From assembly GCA_022448345.1 (NCBI GenBank), contig JAKVCB010000006.1, positions 11,083-75,082 on the forward strand: a stretch of 64,000 nucleotides of DNA, read 5' to 3'. Numbering within the stretch: position 1 is the first letter of the stretch; every line of letters begins with the position of its first letter. Source of the DNA: Pirellulales bacterium. Lineage in GTDB: Bacteria > Planctomycetota > Planctomycetia > Pirellulales > Lacipirellulaceae. Shown in pieces: positions 1 to 9,621 of the stretch. The position numbers and the translations under genes were made by a program. Below the pieces are notes generated by a model. That model was not told where the DNA came from. It saw only the letters and a list, made by a program, of their open reading frames with translations, and did not search any database.

Positions 1-244
1 GGGGAAAGCCCAGGTCGACGAGGTGTTTCGGGCGGCTCGATCAGGTTCGCCCACTGGCGACCAGCAAAAGTATCGCTTGTTTTATGCCAACTTGTATGTG
101 GGACTTTATTACGATGCCCACGGTCAACTGGACAAAGCCCGTGAGCACATCTTAGCTGCCGATCAACTCAAAAATGATCACTACATGTGGTACGTTGCCC
201 ACCTGCACGCGAATCGGCAGCCCACAGCCAATGGGACCCCCTGA
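1..244 (+). CDS. C-terminal fragment of a TPR-like helical repeat protein; the 5' end lies outside the window
   Basis: The frame is open from the window edge. The tail YRLFYANLYVGLYYDAHGQLDKAREHILAA resembles a TPR helix pair. Confidence 0.4.
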   Translation, partial: GKAQVDEVFRAARSGSPTGDQQKYRLFYANLYVGLYYDAHGQLDKAREHILAADQLKNDHYMWYVAHLHANRQPTANGTP

Positions 245-403
245 ACCGCGCCCCGTGCTGCCCGGCAATTCTGTTTGCGGTCTCCCGTCTCAATCTTGTG
301 GTCCCTCCAAACCTGATTTGGTTCTCACGGTCACTTTACCACAGGAAATCGTCTAGAATCTTGCCATAGAACCTGTTGTAACAGCCGAGAAGCAAGGGGC
401 CTA

Positions 404-1861
404 ATGTCTGAGCCAGCTGTAGCTACCTTGGAGAAAACGTCGTGGTGGGGTCGCCCTATGGGAGGGCACGATGTACTGCGGATCGCCTTGCCGCTGGTGA
501 TTTCGAGTGTCTCCTGGACCGTGATGACATTCGTGGATCGAATGTTTCTTAAATGGACCAGCGGCGAGGCCATGTCGGCCGCGTTTTTTGCAGCCACGGT
601 TTGGTTCGCCTCGCTATGCGTGCCGTTGGGTATCTGTACTTATGTAAGTACGTTTGTGGCTCAGTACCACGGAGATGGTCAATTCAAACGAATCGGACCT
701 GTCATGTGGCAAGGTGTCTGGATTGCATTGCTGGCAGGTCCCATCCTGCTTCTTGCTGCCCCGCTGATTGTGCAAGTTTTTCATGTTGCAGATCATGGCG
801 TTGGAGTCCAACAGAAGGAAACACTGTATTTTTATATTCTTACCGTTGGCACCCCGGCGATGCTCTTGGCCCAGTCGTTCTCTTCCTTTTACAGCGGCCG
901 TGGTCAAACGGTCGTTGTAATGTGGACGGATATGATCTTTGTTGTGCTGAATGTGTTGTTGGACTATTTGTGGATTTTCGGCCATGCCGGTTTTCCCGCA
1001 ATGGGGATTGCCGGTGCGGGTTGGGCGACCGTGGTTGCGTTATGGCTCAAGGCGTTGACTTACTTGTTGTTGGTACTTCAGAAAAAACACCGTTTCCAAT
1101 TTCACACGGTTTTGGGGATGTGTTGGGACTTTCGGCTTGTGAGACGGCTTGTTTACTTTGGGGGTCCGAGTGGCGTGCAACTGCTTTTGGACGTAATGGG
1201 ATTTTCAATCTTTGTGCTTCTGGTACATCGAATCGGGTCGCTTGAAGCCGAAGCAACGACCATGGCATTTAGTATTAATACCCTGGCATTTATGCCCATT
1301 TGGGGCGTTGCTTTGGCTACTGGAATTCTGGTGGGACAACGGCTTGGCGAAGATCGAGATGATCTGGCAGCCCGGGCCACATGGACCGCCCTCTGGATTG
1401 CACTCGGTTACATGGTGTTGATTTCAATCTTGTATGTGGTAGTCCCGGAATTCTTTTTGTTCGGATTTTTTGTTGCCGATGTAGATCCAACAGGACAGCA
1501 ACTGGCAATCAAATCAATGGCTGCGAACCTGCTCATGTTCGTCGCAGCCTACAACTTGTTCGATGCTGCGGCCATGATTTTTGCCAGCACGGTCAAGGGT
1601 GCGGGTGATACTCGATTTATACTTAAATTAAGCCTGGTGATGGCTGCGATGTTGGTTTTAGTCACCTGGCTTGGTGTTGAGGTCTGGAAACTCAGCATCT
1701 ATGGATGTTGGGCTTTGTTTACCACCTGGATTTGGGTCCTTGGCCTGGCCTTCTTGCTTCGTTTCCTTCAGGGCAAGTGGCGAAAAATTCGGGTCATCGA
1801 AGTACGCGCCAGGGAATCACCAGCCCCGGCTTCGCCAACCCCCGGCCCAATCCGCAGTTGA
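404..1861 (+). CDS. MATE family multidrug/toxin efflux transporter
   Basis: 485 aa and about 12 predicted hydrophobic helices in a two-lobe arrangement. The N-terminus (LRIALPLVISSVSWTVMTFVDRMFL) and the second lobe (GGPSGVQLLLDVMGFSIFVLLV) fit the MATE pattern. Confidence 0.8.
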   Translation: MSEPAVATLEKTSWWGRPMGGHDVLRIALPLVISSVSWTVMTFVDRMFLKWTSGEAMSAAFFAATVWFASLCVPLGICTYVSTFVAQYHGDGQFKRIGPVMWQGVWIALLAGPILLLAAPLIVQVFHVADHGVGVQQKETLYFYILTVGTPAMLLAQSFSSFYSGRGQTVVVMWTDMIFVVLNVLLDYLWIFGHAGFPAMGIAGAGWATVVALWLKALTYLLLVLQKKHRFQFHTVLGMCWDFRLVRRLVYFGGPSGVQLLLDVMGFSIFVLLVHRIGSLEAEATTMAFSINTLAFMPIWGVALATGILVGQRLGEDRDDLAARATWTALWIALGYMVLISILYVVVPEFFLFGFFVADVDPTGQQLAIKSMAANLLMFVAAYNLFDAAAMIFASTVKGAGDTRFILKLSLVMAAMLVLVTWLGVEVWKLSIYGCWALFTTWIWVLGLAFLLRFLQGKWRKIRVIEVRARESPAPASPTPGPIRS

Positions 1862-2026
1862 ACCGGCAAAGTCCGGGACGTGGGTTGGGGCATTCAATCA
1901 GAGACCAGATGGCTGCTTGAATTGCAGCGGTTTTACGAGGTTCTCGTCAGCCACTTGTCGCTACCAAGGAAATGAGCGACTTGCTAATAGACCGTTGTGT
2001 ACCGGCGCATCCTCTTTTGGATGAGA

Positions 2027-2668
2027 CTATCCGTCGGGTGGGCCGAGTGGCTCACTGGGTGGGTCGAGTGGTTCGTCGGGTGGGTCGAGAGATTCACCTT
2101 TTTCGGTTTCTCCCTGCTGCTGCCGAAGTTGCTCGTATTTCTGATAGGTGCTTTCTAACGATTTCAGTAGCCGGGGAATTTGTGGAGAAGACATAAACAC
2201 GCGCGTCGAAACAGCGGCAGTCGGAAACAGGTTCGTCAAAAAATCGAGCCGAAACTCTGCTGCCGAGTGCCCAATCATGACACCTGTGGCATACGATCCA
2301 CTCAGTAAATCATCAGAAATTTTCAGATCGTCGTAGATTTGCTGTGGTGTCAACGTTTGATTGGGTTGTTGTTGTGGAAGTTCGGCAGGTGTGCCAAAAC
2401 GCGTGGTGTACATTTCAAGGTTCTTGCGAAGCGCTTCGATAAATTGTGCCATGACCGAGTGTGGCATCACCACCCGGGCAGTTACTGCCGCTGGCCCCCC
2501 GATATTTTGCACGAAATCAATCATGAATTCCGTTGCCCCAGTCATCACAATCGCACCTGTACTGAAAGATCCCAAGCCGACCTTTTCAGGAACCCGGGCA
2601 CTAACGTGTTGAGTCCGAGATGGTTCCCCCTCAGCAGGAGAGTCCGAGTCGTGGGAGTTTTCAGCCAT
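2027..2668 (-). CDS. Protein with two tandem DUF3467-like domains and an acidic Pro-rich tail
   Basis: Two copies of the pattern x-G-A/H-x-x-EF-x-(I/L)-DF ... A-x-V-x-(A/T)-RV-x-M: TGATEFMIDFVQNIGGPAAVTARVVM and GHSAAEFRLDFLTNLFPTAAVSTRVFM. The C-terminus reads DPPDEPLDPPSEPLGPPDG. Confidence 0.65.
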   Translation of the reverse strand: MAENSHDSDSPAEGEPSRTQHVSARVPEKVGLGSFSTGAIVMTGATEFMIDFVQNIGGPAAVTARVVMPHSVMAQFIEALRKNLEMYTTRFGTPAELPQQQPNQTLTPQQIYDDLKISDDLLSGSYATGVMIGHSAAEFRLDFLTNLFPTAAVSTRVFMSSPQIPRLLKSLESTYQKYEQLRQQQGETEKGESLDPPDEPLDPPSEPLGPPDG

Positions 2669-2932
2669 GGTTGGTACGCGCCAGTGATTGTGAAGGAAAT
2701 ACGTTATTGAAGCACCTTACCCATGCTAACAGTAGCCTGATCAGCGGGTCTACCCATCGATTCCCGGCTTGGGGCTTGCCAGTCGGTGGGGGTAGCAGAG
2801 AAGATAGGGTAAACCGACTTGCGGCCGTGTTCCGGATCAATTTTGGTATGAAGATGGTGAACACCATTGACCGTGCCACTGCCAGGACTTCTGTAGTTGA
2901 GGTTCTTTCCTTTCCTTTTATTAGCCTTAAAA

Positions 2933-3937
2933 ATGATCGATATTCCTACGATTGCCGTTTCGATTGGAGACCCTGCCGGGGTTGGTCCGGAAGTAACCAT
3001 CAAGGCACTGCTGGATGATGCTTTGCGCAACACAGCCCGATGGGTCCTTGTTGGTGAGGACTGGCAGATCCGCACCTTGGGTGAGACCTTAGGATTTCAG
3101 CCGGACCAGGTGGTCGATCACCCAGAAGACATGGCCGAAGATGCGAAAGTCGTGGTTTTGAGGGCCCGTCAGCTATCCGAGTCGGAGTTGGCCATTGGCG
3201 AGGTCCGAGCCGCTTGTGGCAAGGCAGGCCTGGAGTATGTAAGACTTGCCGCCCAATTGTGCCTTTCCGGGAAGGCAGATGCGATAGTCACCGGGCCACT
3301 CTGCAAAGAGGCGGTTGCCCTGAACGGAATGGACTTCTGTGGCCACACCGAGTTTCTTGCAGAATTGTGTGGTGTACAGCAGTCGAGAATGCTCCTCCAT
3401 CATGAAAAGTTTTCGGTGGTTCATGTATCGACCCATTGTAGCCTGGCCGAAGCCGCGAAACTGTCGGTGGATCGAATTCAAAAAACGATCGAGTTAGGGC
3501 ACGAGGCCATGATTCGTTTGAACGGGAATCCGCCACGGATTGCCGTTTGTGGGCTGAACCCGCACGCTGGTGAGAACGGCCTGTTTGGCAATGAGGAATC
3601 CCAATTTATTGGTCCGGCTATCGACAAATTGTGTGCCCAAGGCATTGCCTGCGAAGGCCCCTTGCCGGCGGATACCCTGTTTATGCAAGCAGCGCGGGGA
3701 AAGTGTGATTTGGTAGTTGCCATGTATCATGATCAAGGCCATGTACCAATGAAGCTCATGGATTTTGAACACACGGTCAACGTTACGCTTGGCTTACCGA
3801 TCGTGCGAGTGTCCGTCGATCATGGCACGGCTTTTGACATTGCAGGTAGGGACCTCGCGAGCTGTGACGACATGCAAATAGCAATGCGATTGGCGATTCG
3901 AATGGCAGCCAGTAGGGTTTTTCCTGAGCCGGTGTGA
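2933..3937 (+). CDS. pdxA: 4-hydroxythreonine-4-phosphate dehydrogenase (PdxA family)
   Basis: Motifs IAVSIGDPAGVGPEV, GHTEFLAE, GLNPHAGENG, YHDQGH and VSVDHGTAFDIAG. The ATG at 2933 gives a typical PdxA N-terminus; the ORF track starts at a TTG at 2897. Confidence 0.85.
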   Translation: MIDIPTIAVSIGDPAGVGPEVTIKALLDDALRNTARWVLVGEDWQIRTLGETLGFQPDQVVDHPEDMAEDAKVVVLRARQLSESELAIGEVRAACGKAGLEYVRLAAQLCLSGKADAIVTGPLCKEAVALNGMDFCGHTEFLAELCGVQQSRMLLHHEKFSVVHVSTHCSLAEAAKLSVDRIQKTIELGHEAMIRLNGNPPRIAVCGLNPHAGENGLFGNEESQFIGPAIDKLCAQGIACEGPLPADTLFMQAARGKCDLVVAMYHDQGHVPMKLMDFEHTVNVTLGLPIVRVSVDHGTAFDIAGRDLASCDDMQIAMRLAIRMAASRVFPEPV

Positions 3938-4152
3938 TCTTCCAAGCCGGAGCCAGATAGGGCCATTTTTCTGCGACAGGCTGCAGAGTTTCTTCAAGAT
4001 TCACCCTGCAGGTTCCGAATTGACCCAAAGAGACGCCACGGTCTGCGCGTAGTGGTTCATAGTGCGCGCACTTGGCCGGATGGCGCCGCCTTGCCTGACT
4101 TCGCAAAACTACCTCTCATGACCAATCGTGAGAACCTGGGCGAGTTGGGCGC

Positions 4153-7086
4153 GTGCATGCTTTTCGAGCTACCTTGTCTTCCAACTTTTCCAAAACAACG
4201 TATCTTTCGCCGGTGACCGGTGATACTACTCTTCGCTTGCAAACCCTTGCTGGCGCGGGTCGGTGGCTTTGCGCCCTGCTTTTGGTCACGATCTTGGCCA
4301 TTTTTTTGGCGGGCTGTAGTCGTACCAAGTACCGCTTGCAAGCCGATCGCGAAGTGAATTGTCTGGTGGATCACAAAGCGGTGGCTGCCGGTTCTGCGCC
4401 GGGCGAATTTCGGATCAATATCAATCCGACCTCGCGGATGTACGATCCGTACAATCCTGACTGCGAGCCGATGCCACCCGACGACCCGATTTCGCATCGA
4501 TATATGGAATGCGTCGACTGCAAACCCGGTTCGAAGTGTTGGAAATGTGCGGAGAAAACTCCCTTTGTTGAGAATCCGGATTGGATGCAGTATCTACCGC
4601 TTAACAAGGAGGGGACTTTGGTGCTTGATCAGACAGGCGCCGTGAAAATGGCACTGTTGCAATCACCCAGGTACCAGGAGGAGCTTGAAGATCTTTATCT
4701 TTCGGCATTGGATGTAACCTTCGAACGTTTTCGTTTTGATACCCAGTTTTTTGGTGGCTCGGGGATTTTTTTTACGGCCGACGGGCGCGACCGATCAGGA
4801 ACAGGAAGCTCCTCGAGTATTCTCGATGTTCAGCCTTTGCGACCTTCTAATCAGTTGCGGCTTGAAAAACTTTCAGCAACTGGAGGCGAACTTGTGGTTG
4901 GTTTGGCGAATTCGCTCGTGTGGCAATTTGCCGGGCCGGATGAGTATGCAGGCAATACCATTCTCGATTTTGCAATTGTGCAACCGTTGTTGCGTTTTGG
5001 CGGGCGGACCCGAGTGCTGGAACGATTGACTTTATCGGAACGGACCCTCTTGTCGAACGTGCGCAGTATGGAGCGTTATCGCCGCGGGTTTTATCTCAAT
5101 ATTGTGACAGGAGAAAGTGCCGGACCTGGTCCCTCTCGCCGCGGCGGTGTTTTCGGTGCCAGCGGCCTGGAAGGTTTTTCAGGCGTGGGGGGAGGTGGAT
5201 TCGGACGTCTTGGCGGTGGCGGAAGTTTCTTCAGTTCCGGAACGGGGAATGGATTTACCGGCGGGGCTGGGGCCGCCGGGGCCAAAGGGTACCTGGGACT
5301 CTTGCAATCAGCTCAGGAAATTCAGAACCAGCAGGCCAACGTAGTTGCCCTTCGTGGCAGCGTCGAACAACTTCAGGCGTCGTACGAAGCAGGTCGAATC
5401 GATCGTTTTCAGGTCGACCTGGCACGGCAGGCACTTTACAACGCCCAAAGCCAACTGCTCACTTCCGAGGCGGTCTATCAGACAGTTTTGGACAACTATA
5501 AGATTGACCTTGGTTTGCCACCCGATTTACCTGTTGCGATTCGGGATCCTCTACTTGACCAGTTCCAGTTAATCGACGCTGATCTGGACGTGGTCCGCAG
5601 CGACGTCGCTCAACTGCTGGACGTGCTGCGACAACCGGTCGAGAATATGAATCAGGTCGACGCTGCCCTCGACACGAGTGGAGGTCCTGTTCTGTTGCTG
5701 CCCTCGCCCGCTGAAGAAGTGGAGGATCAATCGGAGGAGGCCTTACCCGACATGGTTGAGGTTTTTGCTCAATGCCGACAAATTGAGGTTGCCTTCCAGA
5801 AAGAGTGGGCGACAGTGCAAGACGACTTTACTCGGCTACAAGAGCAGCTACCCACCCGCTGCAAAGCACTTCAAGGTCTGGCCGAACGACCGGAGGTCCA
5901 AGAGGCGCTGGTCAATCCGAGTTTGCTTGACATCTCAAACGTCGAAAAACGTGTCGAGTTGCTTCGCAACGAACTGGCCGACCTGGACGTGCATTTCTCA
6001 AAACTTTTTCGAGAGCTCAACGACCTGATTGCGCAGACAGCCCTTCCGGATGCCGAGAAAAAAGAACGTGTGGTCGATATTCTTGACGATCTTTCGAACC
6101 GGTTGCTGGAACTGGGAATTGCCCAGGCACGTGCCAGGCTGGATGCGATTTCGTTTCAGCCAGTTGACTTGACGTCTGAACAGGCGCTTGCGATAGCCCG
6201 AGTTTACCGCCGCGATTGGGCCAACGCTCGAGCGGCACTGGTCGATACATGGCGTCTTATTTACTTCAATGCGAATGCCCTATTGAGTGATTTGAATATC
6301 TTCTTTAGCGGTGACCTGGGCAATGTGGGGGACAACCCGTTTCACCTGCGGCGGACCCGGGGTCGGCTCCGCGTGGGGATGCAGATTGATCCACCACTGA
6401 CGCGTCTGGCGGAGCGCAATATCTATCGACAGTCGCTGATTGAATACCAGGAGGCCCGACGCAACTACTACCAATTCCGTGACAGAATTGACCAGCAACT
6501 ACGCAACACAATTCGTCAGCTTCGCCTCAATGAAGTGAATCTGGAAATTCGTCGAGCGGCGGTGTTGGTTGCCATTGCCCAGGTTGACCTGACACAGATT
6601 CGTCTTTCCGAACCTCCCAAGCCAGGTGCAGAGGCAGAACTGGGGGCAACGACTGCTCGAGATCTGGTTCAGTCGCTTTCCGATTTACTCAACGTACAGA
6701 ACGACTTTCTAAGCGTGTGGGTGAACTACCGAGTGCAACGGTTAAACCTGGAGTATGACTTGGGGGTCATGCAGATCAACCCGGAAGGAATCTATGTAAA
6801 ACAAGATTTTCCATTGCGAACGTTCCTGGACTATTGCAGAAAGGATCCGGTCGTTACGGAAGAAGAGGACTTGGAAAATTTGCCACCCGTTGAATTTTTA
6901 CCCGACGGGCCGGTGTTGGAGTTCCTTCCTTTACCTGCAGAAGATACAGACAGCCAAAAATCAGTCAAATTCCCTGGTGACAGGCACAATTTACCACTGG
7001 TTTCTTTGCCAGACTTGGATGGACCCAAGTTGGTTGGGTCTTCCGGAGAGGTGGACCCAATCCCGGTGGTCGAGCATTCTCGATAG
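4153..7086 (+). CDS. Oversized TolC-like outer-membrane efflux lipoprotein with an internal Gly-rich insert
   Basis: Lipobox LAIFLAGC|S near the N-terminus. Long coiled-coil-like segments typical of outer membrane factor proteins (LEDLYLSALDVTFERFRFD, QSLIEYQEARRNYYQFRD). It lies directly upstream of adaptor, ABC ATPase and permease genes. The GTG start is uncertain. Confidence 0.6.
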   Translation: MHAFRATLSSNFSKTTYLSPVTGDTTLRLQTLAGAGRWLCALLLVTILAIFLAGCSRTKYRLQADREVNCLVDHKAVAAGSAPGEFRININPTSRMYDPYNPDCEPMPPDDPISHRYMECVDCKPGSKCWKCAEKTPFVENPDWMQYLPLNKEGTLVLDQTGAVKMALLQSPRYQEELEDLYLSALDVTFERFRFDTQFFGGSGIFFTADGRDRSGTGSSSSILDVQPLRPSNQLRLEKLSATGGELVVGLANSLVWQFAGPDEYAGNTILDFAIVQPLLRFGGRTRVLERLTLSERTLLSNVRSMERYRRGFYLNIVTGESAGPGPSRRGGVFGASGLEGFSGVGGGGFGRLGGGGSFFSSGTGNGFTGGAGAAGAKGYLGLLQSAQEIQNQQANVVALRGSVEQLQASYEAGRIDRFQVDLARQALYNAQSQLLTSEAVYQTVLDNYKIDLGLPPDLPVAIRDPLLDQFQLIDADLDVVRSDVAQLLDVLRQPVENMNQVDAALDTSGGPVLLLPSPAEEVEDQSEEALPDMVEVFAQCRQIEVAFQKEWATVQDDFTRLQEQLPTRCKALQGLAERPEVQEALVNPSLLDISNVEKRVELLRNELADLDVHFSKLFRELNDLIAQTALPDAEKKERVVDILDDLSNRLLELGIAQARARLDAISFQPVDLTSEQALAIARVYRRDWANARAALVDTWRLIYFNANALLSDLNIFFSGDLGNVGDNPFHLRRTRGRLRVGMQIDPPLTRLAERNIYRQSLIEYQEARRNYYQFRDRIDQQLRNTIRQLRLNEVNLEIRRAAVLVAIAQVDLTQIRLSEPPKPGAEAELGATTARDLVQSLSDLLNVQNDFLSVWVNYRVQRLNLEYDLGVMQINPEGIYVKQDFPLRTFLDYCRKDPVVTEEEDLENLPPVEFLPDGPVLEFLPLPAEDTDSQKSVKFPGDRHNLPLVSLPDLDGPKLVGSSGEVDPIPVVEHSR

Positions 7087-7264
7087 CCAAACCTTCTTTC
7101 ATTTTCGCACGATGACGCCTTGAAATGCGTTGCGTATAATTAGGAGAGGTTCCCTTTTGAGGGGCTGGGTTGGTCGTCAACCAGGTTTATCCAGGAAGGG
7201 ATATTCGCAAAACAATACCAGTCGTCTCAATTTATCCTAGGTTGCAGTTTAAAAACATTCCAAC

Positions 7265-8839
7265 ATGGTCAAGGCATCTTCGGTAACCCGACCGGGAAGA
7301 CACTCCGCTGGAGAACCTGGTAATCGCTCTTCGCGGACTCACCGAGGTGGCGCCAATCTGGCGACCATCCTAATCATTTCGATTGTGGTGGCCGCTTCTT
7401 ATGGTGGGTATCTATGGTTGAACACCAAGGGAGATAGGTTAATAGATGGTGATGTGGTGTTATACACGGTTGCCCGCGATGATTTTGTACTTTCGGTGAC
7501 CGAACGGGGGGAAATAGAGTCGGCAGGCGTTACCGAAATTCGCTCAGAAGTGAAGACAAAGAATTCTCCCGGACTGGCTATTCTGCGACTTGTGTCCGAA
7601 GGGGAGGCTGTCGAAACGGACGATTTTCTCGTGGAGCTCGATTCTTCGGCACTGGTCGAGGAGAAAATCACACAGCAGATTACGGTCAATACAGTGGAAG
7701 CACTGGTTATCGAGGCGCGCAACATTTATGAGACGGCAGTTATCACGAAACGTGAATACATAGAAGGAACCTATGTCCAGGAACGGCAAACGATCGAGAG
7801 CGAGGTGTTCGTCGCCGAAGAGAATCTCAACCGCGCGAAGGAGTACCACGAGTACAGCAAGAAGCTTGCCAGCAAGGGATACGTAAACAAGCTGCAGTTG
7901 GAGGCGGATAAATTCGCGGTCGAGAAATCGGTCAAGGAATTGGATGCTGCCAAAACAAGGCTTCAAGTTCTCGACAAGTTTACGAAGGAAAAAATGCTCA
8001 AGCAGTGCGAGAGTGATATCAAGATCTCCAAAGCCAAATGGGAGGCTGAAAAGAACAGTCTTGAGTTAGAGATCAGCAAGCTCCGTGAAATTGAAGACCA
8101 GATTGCAAAATGTACGATCACTGCCCCAAAACCGGGGACGGTTGTTTACGCACATGAATCGGATCGTCGCGGTCAGGATGACTTCATTGTTGAAGAAGGG
8201 GCAATGATTCGGGAGCGACAGCCTATCATTCAACTTCCCGATGCTTCCGCGATGCGGGTAGTTGTCAAAATTAATGAGTCTTTGATTCAGTTTGTAAAAC
8301 CAGGAATGCCAGCGGTAATCAGTCCCGTTGGAATGGTTGGACAGCCACTGGAGGGTACCGTTGAAAGTGTCAAGCAATATGCCGAACCAACCGGATGGCG
8401 GAAGGCGAACGTCAAGGAATACAAGGCATATGTGCAAATTAACGAACCCGCTGCTGAACTTCGTTCAGGAATGACGGCTGCGGTTACCATCCAGTGTGAG
8501 TTTGTAGCAGATGCGATCAAAGTACCTGTACAAACAGTTTATCCGCACGGAGAGGATTACTATTGCCTGGTGGTGGACGACGGCAACTGGGAGGCCCGGG
8601 TCGTTCATTGTGGTCCAACCAACGATCAATTTTTTGTCATCAAGGATGGGCTTCGGGAAACAGAACAGGTTGCCATGGCCCCGCGGAAATATCTCGACCG
8701 GGTTGACTTGCCAGAGTTGCCACCCGAAGAGAACCAAAGGGCGGTACAGAGACCGCGTCTCCCTGGAAAAAAAGAAGCGGCGAATCGCGCCAAAACAGCT
8801 CGCCTTGTGGTGCCATCTTCAGCCACCAATGGAAGTTAG
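7265..8839 (+). CDS. HlyD/MacA-like periplasmic adaptor (membrane fusion) protein
   Basis: N-terminal TM anchor (LATILIISIVVAASYGGYLWL), a long coiled-coil core, the beta-barrel segment ITAPKPGTVVY, and its operon position. Confidence 0.75.
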   Translation: MVKASSVTRPGRHSAGEPGNRSSRTHRGGANLATILIISIVVAASYGGYLWLNTKGDRLIDGDVVLYTVARDDFVLSVTERGEIESAGVTEIRSEVKTKNSPGLAILRLVSEGEAVETDDFLVELDSSALVEEKITQQITVNTVEALVIEARNIYETAVITKREYIEGTYVQERQTIESEVFVAEENLNRAKEYHEYSKKLASKGYVNKLQLEADKFAVEKSVKELDAAKTRLQVLDKFTKEKMLKQCESDIKISKAKWEAEKNSLELEISKLREIEDQIAKCTITAPKPGTVVYAHESDRRGQDDFIVEEGAMIRERQPIIQLPDASAMRVVVKINESLIQFVKPGMPAVISPVGMVGQPLEGTVESVKQYAEPTGWRKANVKEYKAYVQINEPAAELRSGMTAAVTIQCEFVADAIKVPVQTVYPHGEDYYCLVVDDGNWEARVVHCGPTNDQFFVIKDGLRETEQVAMAPRKYLDRVDLPELPPEENQRAVQRPRLPGKKEAANRAKTARLVVPSSATNGS

Positions 8840-8919
8840 TGGTCTGTTGGTTAGCGCGGTCACAGGCCGAGTGATGATGTTCGTTCCTACCTGCGAATCT
8901 TTTCCTGGAAAGCGGTGTT

Positions 8920-9621
8920 GTGGTTTCTAGCCCTCTCGAAAATGCTGCAACAATTTGCGATATGCGCAAAGAATATAGTTTGGGAGGCGAGACAGTCCAC
9001 GCGATCCAGGGGATTTCCTTCGAGGTCCCGGTCGGCGATTACATCTCAATTATGGGACCCTCTGGATCTGGGAAAAGTACGCTATTGAACATACTGGGTT
9101 GCCTCGATAGGCCGACATCGGGAAGTTATTTGTTGAGCGGCGATGATGTGCGCCAAATGAGTGATGATCAACTGGCTGAAACACGCGCAACACGGATTGG
9201 ATTTGTGTTTCAATCGTACAACCTGTTGCCGGCATTGTCGGTGGTTGAGAATATTGAAGTTCCGCTCTATTACAGCGGCAAGATATCAGCAGCCCGACGA
9301 ACCCGGTGTCTTGAACTGGCCGAAATGGTTGGTTTGAGCGACCGTCTCGCACACCGTCCAGCCCAACTTTCCGGCGGGCAACAGCAGCGGGTTGCAATCG
9401 CGCGCAGCTTGGTCAATGATCCTCGCTTCATTCTGGCCGACGAACCGACTGGAAATCTTGATTCGACCACCACCGGCGAAATTCTTGACCTGATGCAGCA
9501 GCTTAATTCTGAGGGCCGCACGATCATTGTTGTGACCCACGAGTCGGAAGTAGCTGAGCGGACGAAGCGATCTATTGTGTTACGGGATGGAAAGATTATG
9601 GATGATAAAAGGCACATGTGA
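8920..9621 (+). CDS. ABC transporter ATP-binding protein (MacB/LolD-type)
   Basis: Walker A GPSGSGKST, signature [15 protein letters not shown], Walker [12 protein letters not shown], and H-loop VTHE. GTG start. Confidence 0.9.
   Translation: MVSSPLENAATICDMRKEYSLGGETVHAIQGISFEVPVGDYISIMGPSGSGKSTLLNILGCLDRPTSGSYLLSGDDVRQMSDDQLAETRATRIGFVFQSYNLLPALSVVENIEVPLYYSGKISAARRTRCLELAEMVGLSDRLAHRPAQLSGGQQQRVAIARSLVNDPRFILADEPTGNLDSTTTGEILDLMQQLNSEGRTIIVVTHESEVAERTKRSIVLRDGKIMDDKRHM

Noticed and set aside
553-1245. 230-aa alternative-frame ORF inside the MATE gene
   Set aside because: It is on the same strand but out of frame with a 12-TM transporter frame. The Cys/Arg-rich translation is typical of off-frame reading.
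1911-1935. Hairpin gctgc-ttgaatt-gcagc followed by ggtttt between the convergent MATE and DUF3467 genes, considered as a terminator
   Set aside because: The stem is only 5 bp and the U-tract is short, which is too weak to call with confidence.
7120-7140. TTGAAA ... TATAAT promoter-like hexamers upstream of the adaptor gene
   Set aside because: The spacer is only about 9 nt, far from the 16-18 nt required for a sigma-70-type promoter, and planctomycete promoter consensus is uncertain anyway.
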